In this document: one piece after another, positions 8,945 to 16,055 of the stretch | Position numbering within the stretch: position 1 is the first letter of the stretch | Layout: each line of letters starts with the position of its first letter | Assembly (NCBI GenBank): GCA_013152315.1 | Contig: JAADGP010000048.1 | Coordinates: forward strand, 1 to 16,055 | Origin: FCB group bacterium | GTDB taxonomy: Bacteria > Fidelibacterota > Marinisomatia > Marinisomatales > JAADGP01 | DNA length: 16,055 nucleotides | Direction of reading: 5' to 3' | Translations under genes and position numbers: made by a program | The notes under the pieces: model-generated | What the model was told of the DNA's origin: nothing | What the model saw: only the letters and a program-made list of their open reading frames with translations | Databases searched by the model: none

Positions 8945-10333
8945 ATGAAATACCCATTGTGTATGTTCGTTTACATTGTGCTGAACGGTCATCTTTTCGG
9001 ACAAGTTATTGATTCTTTTGGCGATGGTGATTTTTCCAATAATCCGGTTTGGGTCGGTGAGACCGGTTCATGGCAAATCGTTACCCGGGCAAGTTCCGGT
9101 CCGAACGCTTCAAATTCGTACACTCTGCGTCTTAATGCACCGGACGACAATTCCTCTTCTCAATATATCGCTACCCAAAAATCCGGTTCCTGGGGCGGCG
9201 AACAATCCTGGGGTTTTTGGATAGGCCGCAGATCCTCTTCGCCCGCCACGTCCGGTAACTACAGTGTGGTTTGGCTCTGGGCCAATGAATCTAATCTGGA
9301 ATCCACTACCGTGGACGGGTACCGGATTCGATTCGGCGATAGTTCGGGAGATGATGAAATCCTTTTACAACGCGTTGACAATGGTAACGTGACTACGATT
9401 CTGACTTCCGCGGACGCAATCGCCAACGGGCTGGATGATATCGGGTTTTTAATCCGGGTCACCAGGAACAGTAATTCCATCTGGACGCTTTACACTTCGC
9501 AATTACCGACCGCCAGCGGAGAACTATACGGGGCTACCACCACACCAACTCCGGACAATACACCGGTTAACCAAGGCAGTGTGACTGATAACACGTACAC
9601 CTCTTTTGATGACGGTTATTTCGGATTTATGGCGATTCACACGACCAGTTCAATCGCACGCCAGGGAGCTGAATTCGACCAATTATATTTTGACCCCAAC
9701 AGCGATTCCTCCCTACCAGTCGAATTGAGCTTTTGGAGGATCAGAAATGAAAACACAACGGTAATTATCGATTGGACCACCGAATCGGAGATTAACAACC
9801 TGGGCTTTATAATAGACCGGCGAGAAATCGCCGAAGATCGATCCCCGCTAATTTCGCAAAGCGACTGGATCAAGATTGCCGGTTATAAAACCGATCACCG
9901 ATTGGCGGGACAGGGATCGGTAACACACCGCACCCATTATTCCTTTACCGACACGGATGTTCGCCCGCACCGGACCTACCAATATCGGTTATCCGACGTG
10001 GATTACTCCGGCAACGTGACCAACCACGGAATAAAAACCATCACCGTTAAAACAGAAGCCATTGCCTGGGGCGCCGCCTGTCCCAATCCTTTTAATCCCA
10101 ATCTCCGGATATCCTTACAGCTCGCGGAACCATCTCCGATTATGGTTAACGTATACGATCTCCGCGGAAGCCGTGTGGCTTCGTTAATCGATGAAACACT
10201 TTCGGAAGGGAGGTATACCATTAGTTGGGAAGGAAAGAACGATCGGGGGATTCCGGTCCCCGGCGGCGTTTATTTTATCCGGTTACGGAGCAAAAGTGAC
10301 ACGAAAATCCAAAAAGTCGTGTTAATCCGTTAA
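8945..10333 (+). CDS. Secreted multi-domain protein: N-terminal LamG/concanavalin-like jelly-roll (tentative), central beta-sandwich, C-terminal FlgD-Ig/T9SS-type sorting domain
   Basis: 462 aa with a hydrophobic N-terminus. The opening FGDGDFSNNPVWVGETGSWQIV...YTLRLNAP...WGFWIG...VVWLWANESNL...GYRIRFG pattern recurs in FCB-group surface proteins. The centre has LPVELSFW...IDWTTESEINNLGFIIDRRE...YQYRLSDVDYSGN. The C-terminus PNPFNPNLRISLQL...MVNVYDLRGSRVASLIDE...GRYTISWEGKNDRGIPVPGGVYFIRL matches the FlgD-Ig-like/T9SS C-terminal domain pattern. Confidence 0.85.
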   Translation: MKYPLCMFVYIVLNGHLFGQVIDSFGDGDFSNNPVWVGETGSWQIVTRASSGPNASNSYTLRLNAPDDNSSSQYIATQKSGSWGGEQSWGFWIGRRSSSPATSGNYSVVWLWANESNLESTTVDGYRIRFGDSSGDDEILLQRVDNGNVTTILTSADAIANGLDDIGFLIRVTRNSNSIWTLYTSQLPTASGELYGATTTPTPDNTPVNQGSVTDNTYTSFDDGYFGFMAIHTTSSIARQGAEFDQLYFDPNSDSSLPVELSFWRIRNENTTVIIDWTTESEINNLGFIIDRREIAEDRSPLISQSDWIKIAGYKTDHRLAGQGSVTHRTHYSFTDTDVRPHRTYQYRLSDVDYSGNVTNHGIKTITVKTEAIAWGAACPNPFNPNLRISLQLAEPSPIMVNVYDLRGSRVASLIDETLSEGRYTISWEGKNDRGIPVPGGVYFIRLRSKSDTKIQKVVLIR

Positions 10334-11148
10334 TCCTTTTTCTTCTGTTCCTGGGATAATTTTCGGCTGGCGCTGTACAAGTCCGCCTTTTCTTTTTCCG
10401 TCAGTCCTTCATACCCCACCCGGTTAATTTTATCCAGTAACCGGTCGATCTCTTTCTGCAATTCCCGCCTTTTTGATAAACGCCGTTCTTCCCGCAGACT
10501 TTTCAGATCCACAACCCGTCGACGAAAAGCAATCTTCAGATTTCGCCATTGTTGATCCGACCGCAAATACAAATAACCAACCAACATGCCGGACAAATGG
10601 GTCAAATTGCTGATTTTCGAGGTTGTATCGAAAGATGAGAAAAAGGCCAGAGCTCCGATAAGAAGCACAAACCATTTTACTTTGACGGGAAACAGAAAAT
10701 AAATATACACCGTGCGGTTCGGGAACATTAAACCGTAGGCCATCAGGATACCGTAGATCGCTCCACTTGCACCTATCAGAATGGCGTAAGGATTGGTAAT
10801 ATTAAACAACAGCCAGATCAATCCCGAGCCGATACCGGTTATAAAGTAATATTTTAAAAATGCCTTTCGGCCCCAAACCATTTCCAGCTCCGTGCCGAAC
10901 ATCCACAACACAAACATATTAATGGTAACGTGCCAAAATCCGCCGTGAATAAACATATAGGTTACCGGCTGCCAAATCATTGGGAATACGGTGCTGGCAG
11001 AAAGTCCGAATACCCGGGTTAAAACCGGAGCCAGCGTCCGCATTAAATACAAAACAATGTTTATTCCGATCAGGATCTTGATTGCATCGGTAAAGATCCG
11101 CGGTTTCCAGGAAAATTGTCCGTATTCCGATTGAAACTGGTAGCGCAT
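10330..11148 (-). CDS. Rhomboid-family intramembrane serine protease with a basic coiled-coil cytoplasmic C-terminal tail
   Basis: 272 aa. Motifs: WQPVTYMFIHGGFWHVTINMFVLWMFG, the catalytic GASGAIYGILMAYG, and a later THLSGMLVGYLY with the catalytic His. A roughly 75-aa charged tail follows (RRRVVDLKSLREERRLSKRRELQKEIDRLLDKINRVGYEGLTEKEKADLY...). The start is 1 nt after the upstream stop. Confidence 0.9.
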   Translation of the reverse strand: MRYQFQSEYGQFSWKPRIFTDAIKILIGINIVLYLMRTLAPVLTRVFGLSASTVFPMIWQPVTYMFIHGGFWHVTINMFVLWMFGTELEMVWGRKAFLKYYFITGIGSGLIWLLFNITNPYAILIGASGAIYGILMAYGLMFPNRTVYIYFLFPVKVKWFVLLIGALAFFSSFDTTSKISNLTHLSGMLVGYLYLRSDQQWRNLKIAFRRRVVDLKSLREERRLSKRRELQKEIDRLLDKINRVGYEGLTEKEKADLYSASRKLSQEQKKKD

Positions 11149-11149
11149 T

Positions 11150-12007
11150 CTAATTCCGGTATTTTAACTGACGGACTTTAATACGATTCTTTACATTCAT
11201 CAAGGGGGTCATTGCGCTGGGCGGCGCTTCCGGCACCGTCAACTGCGGCATACGGAAAATCGACACCTTAAGTTTCGGATCCTGTTGCAGGGCATAAGCC
11301 GCGCTCACAAACAAATCCCGGGGAAAGAACCCTTTAATTTGTTCATATCCCAAAGCGTTTAATCCATCGCGAATAATGGTCGCGCAACTGCGGGTGAAAA
11401 AGTTGAAATCGGCATACTTCTCCGGTCGTTTCGGATCGGGAGGCGTGTTTTTAATACGGTCCAATTCGGCGTGGTAGAAGGCTTTCAGCCGGTCGGTGTC
11501 AATTCCTTCCACGTGCACCACATGGATGGTACGCATAAAATTCCGGCCGAACTTGTCGTAATAGGGACGGCCATTCTCCAATTCGACAAATTTGCCGGTT
11601 GTCGGAGAAGGGGCAAACTCACCCAACGCCGGCCGGTAAAAATATTCTTCCTTCGTCATTGCTTCATTTTCATTCGCCAAATGGGAGAAATTAAAGATTT
11701 CTCCGCAAATGTTTATCGCCGTGTGTCCAAAAGCGGAAGCCCAGTACTTTACTAACCGTTCGTTGTAATAAAGTTCCATGAAGGGTCTTTCCGGAAACGG
11801 GTCATCGGGCCACATGATCACAATTCTCTTTCCCGTTTCGTAATCGCGCTGCGGAATACGCCGCGCCAAAACCGGTTTTCCCGACCAGTGTTTAAGATAC
11901 CCCTCCCAAATTCGATCCTCTTCCAGGAAGTGTTCGCCGTTCGGACCAAGAAGATAGGATTTTTCCCCTTCCACCGTCAGGATTCCCTTATATACGACTC
12001 CTTCCAT
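11150..12007 (-). CDS. Hypothetical cytoplasmic protein with conserved-looking His/Cys motifs (possible papain-like/DUF4105-like fold, unverified)
   Basis: 285-aa ORF with no signal peptide, wedged between recO and rhomboid with 1-nt gaps on both sides. Motifs: FGHTAINICGEIFNF (His95, Cys101) and YADFNFFTRSCATIIRDGLNALG (Cys208). I do not recognise a named family with confidence. Confidence 0.75.
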   Translation of the reverse strand: MEGVVYKGILTVEGEKSYLLGPNGEHFLEEDRIWEGYLKHWSGKPVLARRIPQRDYETGKRIVIMWPDDPFPERPFMELYYNERLVKYWASAFGHTAINICGEIFNFSHLANENEAMTKEEYFYRPALGEFAPSPTTGKFVELENGRPYYDKFGRNFMRTIHVVHVEGIDTDRLKAFYHAELDRIKNTPPDPKRPEKYADFNFFTRSCATIIRDGLNALGYEQIKGFFPRDLFVSAAYALQQDPKLKVSIFRMPQLTVPEAPPSAMTPLMNVKNRIKVRQLKYRN

Positions 12008-12008
12008 C

Positions 12009-12695
12009 TCAGGTCAATATTTGTTTGATTACGGAGAAAGATTTCAACTCTTTCAAACCCTCAAAATGGTACTGCAGATATAAGGATAAATATTCGCTGA
12101 TTGCCTTTCTGTCTCTTGCCGTAACCGTAACCTTCGGTAATGATTCCAGTGTTCCTTTCTGCAAACTGTTCAAAATGATTCTGCTGTTGGGCCCCGAGTA
12201 GGGGTCGGGAAGCCGCAGTCCCGGGAAATCGCGTTTTTCAAAGTCCGGCTGAAAACCGAGGATTTTTAACAATTGTATTTCGTAGTGCCAAAAAACAAGA
12301 TTGAGCTGTTCGGAACGTGCATTAAAAGCACGTAAGGTCTCAACCAATTTATCGAATAAGTCCCGGTGGGGGTCGTGGTCGGTTACTGTTTTATCAGTGA
12401 GTTCTATCGCGGCCAAACTGTACGTGATTTTCTTCAAATCGTCACGAATCCGGGGCCAGGTTTCAACAAAGCCGGCTTTTGATATCGTTTGCAATTCCCT
12501 GGTTTCTTTGTAGAAAAAAATCAGATCCAAATAGTTCGTGGGTTGAAAATAGGCCGCCAGCGGGGCTTTTTTCCTCCGCGCACCGCGAACCAGCAAATTT
12601 ACCTTGCCCATTTCCCGGGTAAAGCAGCGGGTCGTTAAACTGGTTTCGCTATAGGGAAAACTTTTGAGGACGATGGCCGGTGTCTGGACAATCAT
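12009..12695 (-). CDS. recO: DNA repair protein RecO
   Basis: 228 aa. The N-terminus MIVQTPAIVLKSFPYSETSLTTRCFTREMGKVNLLVRGARRKK is the typical RecO OB-fold opening. The length and downstream helical region are consistent with RecO. Confidence 0.85.
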   Translation of the reverse strand: MIVQTPAIVLKSFPYSETSLTTRCFTREMGKVNLLVRGARRKKAPLAAYFQPTNYLDLIFFYKETRELQTISKAGFVETWPRIRDDLKKITYSLAAIELTDKTVTDHDPHRDLFDKLVETLRAFNARSEQLNLVFWHYEIQLLKILGFQPDFEKRDFPGLRLPDPYSGPNSRIILNSLQKGTLESLPKVTVTARDRKAISEYLSLYLQYHFEGLKELKSFSVIKQILT

Positions 12696-12748
12696 GGGGA
12701 CCCGTACAACTTTGTCCCCCGTTTCCGAACCGTTACCTGTTTTTGCAA
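12692..12748 (-). CDS. Putative 18-codon upstream ORF / leader (MQKQVTVRKRGTKLYGSP) translationally coupled to recO
   Basis: The minus strand has AAGGAGGTG (12763..12755), a perfect 9-nt complement to the canonical 16S 3' end. After 6 nt comes TTG (12748), then 18 sense codons with no stop. The TGA (12694..12692) overlaps the recO ATG (12695..12693) as ATGA. recO itself has no SD. The ORF is too short to score statistically. Confidence 0.3.
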   Translation of the reverse strand: MQKQVTVRKRGTKLYGSP

Positions 12749-12872
12749 ACCGAACACCTCCTTCCGGTCCCTGATGGATGATTGCTCTCCCCTGGGCAAA
12801 TCAACCCGGTACTCTCATATCCGATTATTGCAAAATTACTTAACACGCATTGTCTTCGGAAAATTATTTGGG

Positions 12873-14342
12873 TTAATACGCTTTGGCGAAAATTACCTCG
12901 TACCGGGCCGGTTTTCCACTGTAAATACAGGTCAATCCTTCCGGGTTACCGTCAAAAGGGATACATCGAATGGTGGCTTTCGTTTCATTTTTGATTGCCG
13001 CTTCGGTTTCTTCCGTACCATCCCAGCCGCAACGGACAAAGCCACCCTTATTGGCAATAACATCGCGAAATTCCTCATAGGAAGTTAACCGGTACGTATT
13101 TTCTTCGCGGAAAGCCAGAGCCTGATCATACAATTCCCGCTGTATGTCATCAAGCAATTCGGGCACGATTTCACCCAACCGTTCCTTGTCCACCACGGTC
13201 TTCTCACCTTTGTCCCTTCTTGCCAGCACGACTTTATTGTTGGCAACATCCCTGGGACCGATTTCCATCCGCAACGGCGCGCCCTTCATCTCCCATTCGT
13301 TAAATTTGAATCCCGGGGAATTGTCGGTCCAGTCTTCGTGGACGCGGATTCCCTTTTCCTTAAGTGTCGTAACAATCGGGGCCAGGAATGAACGAACCGC
13401 TTCGCGATCGTCATCGCTACGGAAAATAGGGACAACAACCACCTGGTAAGGCGCTATCCGCGGTGGCAACCGCAACCCTTTGTCGTCCCCATGGGCAAGG
13501 ATGATGGCTCCAATAAGCCGGGTACTGACGCCCCAACTGGTCGCGTAAACGTATTTCTCCTGATTGTCACGGGTTTGAAAGGTGACATCAAAAGCCTTGG
13601 CAAAGTTTTGTCCTAAATTGTGGGATGTTCCGGCCTGGAGCGCGCGTTTATCGCCCATCATGGCCTCGATGCACACGGTTTTTTCCGCCCCGGCGAATTT
13701 TTCCGATTCGGTTTTCACACCGGTAATCACCGGAATTGCCAGGAAATCTTCCGCCAATTGTCGATAGACCTCCAGCATTTTCAAGGTTTCTTCTTCCGCT
13801 TCTTCAGCCGTGGCGTGGGCGGTATGACCCTCCTGCCATAAAAATTCGGTGGTTCTTAAGAACAGGCGCGTTCTCATTTCCCAACGCACAACATTGGCCC
13901 ACTGATTAATCAACAACGGCAAATCACGGTACGACTGAATCCATTTCTTGTACATGGACCAAATCACCGTCTCCGAAGTGGGACGCACAATCACCTCTTC
14001 CTCCAGGCGCGATTCCGGATCAACGATGATATCTCCGTCCTCCGTAGCCTTCAGACGGGTATGGGTAACGATAGCACACTCCTTGGCGAATCCTTCCACG
14101 TGGGCGGCTTCCCGCGCTAAAAAAGACTTGGGAATAAACAAGGGAAAGTAGGCGTTGACATGCCCGGTTTCCTTAATCATGTCATCCAGGGATTTCTTGA
14201 TATTATCCCACAACGCGAACCCATACGGTTTAATCACCATGGTCCCTTTCACGGGTCCGTAATCGGCCAGGCCGGCCCGGCTGATTACTTCGGTGTACCA
14301 GGCGGCATAATCTTTTGAGCGGGGAGTAATTCCTTTAGACAT
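12873..14342 (-). CDS. proS: Prolyl-tRNA synthetase, archaeal/eukaryote-like short form (no INS editing domain)
   Basis: 489 aa. Motifs: [39 protein letters not shown], class II motifs ([30 protein letters not shown]), an anticodon-binding region, and the characteristic C-terminus ...[25 protein letters not shown] lies 7 nt before the ATG. Confidence 0.95.
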   Translation of the reverse strand: MSKGITPRSKDYAAWYTEVISRAGLADYGPVKGTMVIKPYGFALWDNIKKSLDDMIKETGHVNAYFPLFIPKSFLAREAAHVEGFAKECAIVTHTRLKATEDGDIIVDPESRLEEEVIVRPTSETVIWSMYKKWIQSYRDLPLLINQWANVVRWEMRTRLFLRTTEFLWQEGHTAHATAEEAEEETLKMLEVYRQLAEDFLAIPVITGVKTESEKFAGAEKTVCIEAMMGDKRALQAGTSHNLGQNFAKAFDVTFQTRDNQEKYVYATSWGVSTRLIGAIILAHGDDKGLRLPPRIAPYQVVVVPIFRSDDDREAVRSFLAPIVTTLKEKGIRVHEDWTDNSPGFKFNEWEMKGAPLRMEIGPRDVANNKVVLARRDKGEKTVVDKERLGEIVPELLDDIQRELYDQALAFREENTYRLTSYEEFRDVIANKGGFVRCGWDGTEETEAAIKNETKATIRCIPFDGNPEGLTCIYSGKPARYEVIFAKAY

Positions 14343-14753
14343 AAAGCTTCCTTTATTTTAACTACAGAAATTTTGGTATTAAGATCCGATAATGCCTGCG
14401 GACGATATGAATACTAAGCATTAAAAAGGGTAATTTTAACCGTAAATAACCGACGGGAAAATTAGCGGGGATCGGGAGGGCTTTCCAACAGAAAGGTTTG
14501 GCTTTATAAAATCCCCACCAATCTACGCCAAGATTGCTCATGATATAACAGCAATGAATTATCGGACTGACACCCTGTTTCTTCTATTTGCCCTTCTCCA
14601 CTAAGCGGATAAGCCCGTATTCTTTTGAATCATAATGCAATCGATATCCAGTTTTTTTGGCTCTTGAATCCTGTCTTCCACCCCCTCCGGGAACGCCCAG
14701 CTTTATCTTTCATCGCTACTCCAAATGCGCCTATTTTCCTTCGAACTATTGTT

Positions 14754-16055
14754 ATGAAAGGACAAACAATTCTCGCTTTGTTTATCGGATCGGTCATGTC
14801 TGTGCTTATGGCGGAAAAGGGAACAACACTTTTTACCGATTGCCACGTGTTCGGGTACCCGGAGGCGAATGCAATTCTAAGCGAAAACGGCACCATCACG
14901 GTAATCGGCTCCGCCACCGATTTCTCCGCTGAAGATACCGTGTCCCTGAAAGGCGGCTATCTTTATCCCGGTTTTACCGACGCGCATCTTCACTTGACAG
15001 GATTGGGCTGGTCCCTGGAGGTTCTGGACCTGGTCGGGACCAAATCAGCGGAAGAAATTGTGGCTCTGGTTTCCGAAGCGACAACCCGAACCGGAAAACG
15101 GCGCTGGATCCAAGGGCGGGGTTGGGACCAAAACGATTGGGCAATTCCGGAATACCCAACCAAAAACCTGCTGGACCGCGTAGCGCCGGACGTTCCCGTC
15201 TGTTTACGCCGCATTGACGGCCACGCCGTCTGGGTAAATTCACGTGCCCTGGAAATTGCCGGTATCACGGCCGATTTCGCCGATCCGGACGGCGGTAAAA
15301 TCCTGCGCGACGAACACGGCGCCCCCACGGGAATTCTGATCGACAATGCCATCGCCCTGGTTGTCTCCCACATCCCTCCCGACACAAAAGAAGACAAGCG
15401 GCGTTACGTTTTGCGGGCAACCGCCCTGCTCAATTCCCTGGGAATCACCGCGGTCCACGATGCCGGTACCGACGCGGAAACCATTGCCGTTTTAAAAGAA
15501 CTTACCGCCGAAAACGCTCTTCCCCTCCGGGTTTATGCCATGTTAAACAACCAACCCGAGGACTATCAGGTATTCCTGGAATCCGGGCCTGAAACAGGCA
15601 ATCCCTTTTTAAAAGTGCGCGCAGTCAAATTATACCTGGACGGAGCTTTGGGCTCCCGGGGAGCCGCTTTATTGGCGCCCTATACCGACGATCCCCTTAA
15701 TTACGGTCTCATACTGACCGATTCCAGTGTGATTGCCCGGCAGGTTCAACGATTTAATACGGCTGGTTTTCAGGTCTGTGTTCATTGTATCGGAGACCGG
15801 GCCAATCGGATTGCGCTTGACATATTCGAGAACCTACGTCGCGTTATTCCCGGGGACCACCGCAACCGGATCGAACATGCGCAGATCGTTCACCGCCGGG
15901 ACATTCCCCGCTTCGCGATCCTGAACGTCATCCCCTCCATGCAAGCCACGCACTGTACCAGTGACATGTACTGGGCTGACGAACGACTGGGACCGGCGCG
16001 CCTGGAAGAGGCCTACCCCTGGCAATCGCTGGTGCGGTCCGGATCGATCATTGCC
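14754..16055 (+). CDS. YtcJ-like metal-dependent amidohydrolase (Amidohydro_3 type), C-terminus cut off by window edge
   Basis: Absent from the track because it is open at the window end. From ATG 14754 it reads MKGQTILALFIGSVMSVLMAEKGTTLFTDCHVFG...GGYLYPGFTDAHLHL (HxH metal site)...RIDGHAVWVNSRALEIAGIT...KLYLDGALGSRGAALLAPY...VHCIGDRAN...RIEHAQ...MQATHCTSDMYW. That is 434 uninterrupted codons to 16055. The N-terminus looks like a signal peptide. Confidence 0.85.
   Translation, partial: MKGQTILALFIGSVMSVLMAEKGTTLFTDCHVFGYPEANAILSENGTITVIGSATDFSAEDTVSLKGGYLYPGFTDAHLHLTGLGWSLEVLDLVGTKSAEEIVALVSEATTRTGKRRWIQGRGWDQNDWAIPEYPTKNLLDRVAPDVPVCLRRIDGHAVWVNSRALEIAGITADFADPDGGKILRDEHGAPTGILIDNAIALVVSHIPPDTKEDKRRYVLRATALLNSLGITAVHDAGTDAETIAVLKELTAENALPLRVYAMLNNQPEDYQVFLESGPETGNPFLKVRAVKLYLDGALGSRGAALLAPYTDDPLNYGLILTDSSVIARQVQRFNTAGFQVCVHCIGDRANRIALDIFENLRRVIPGDHRNRIEHAQIVHRRDIPRFAILNVIPSMQATHCTSDMYWADERLGPARLEEAYPWQSLVRSGSIIA

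Noticed and set aside
7960-10333. Functional link between the MotA-like operon and the divergent T9SS-CTD-like secreted protein (a stator powering secretion)
   Set aside because: The known T9SS motor is GldL/PorL-GldM/PorM, a different family, and divergent adjacency alone is weak evidence. It is mentioned only as speculation under the 8945..10333 finding.
12774-13088. 104-aa and 70-aa + ORFs at the proS 3' end
   Set aside because: They mostly overlap proS antisense. They have no RBS and no recognisable family.
14974-15458. Minus-strand ORFs of 89, 135 and 72 aa, plus 14630..14932 and 15733..16025
   Set aside because: They are antisense or out of frame relative to the strongly supported amidohydrolase CDS that runs from 14754 to the window end.

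Overview
Densely packed, mostly housekeeping chromosomal window. By inference it comes from an uncultivated FCB-group-like bacterium, based on an archaeal/Bacteroidetes-type ProRS and a FlgD-Ig/T9SS-like C-terminal sorting domain. Gene order: a Wzx/MOP-type polysaccharide flippase (truncated at the edge) and a FemAB/GNAT-like acyltransferase (both -); enolase and an FtsB/DivIC-like division protein (+); then a 4.6 kb minus-strand block (4192..8772) holding two tandem PomA/MotA-type stator modules. Module 1 is MotA, MotB and a secreted SH3-like/beta-sandwich protein. Module 2 is MotA, a MotB paralog lacking the universal channel Asp, and a canonical MotB. After that come a divergent secreted LamG-like protein with a sorting domain (+), a tightly chained minus-strand operon (leader uORF, recO, a 285-aa unknown, rhomboid protease), proS (-), and a YtcJ-like amidohydrolase (+) that runs off the 3' edge. 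I saw no tRNA, rRNA, CRISPR array, IS/transposase, integrase or long direct/inverted repeat. The best candidate for something undescribed is the stator-like block with its non-canonical third genes. It could still be ordinary flagellar stators, because this window cannot show whether the genome encodes a flagellum. Smaller points: the ftsB-like gene has no canonical start before its TM helix but has a GGAGG-led CTG inside the end of eno; an 18-codon SD-led uORF ends in an ATGA overlap with recO; and convergent genes share stop-codon bases. All family assignments come from reading the translations by eye, with no searches run.
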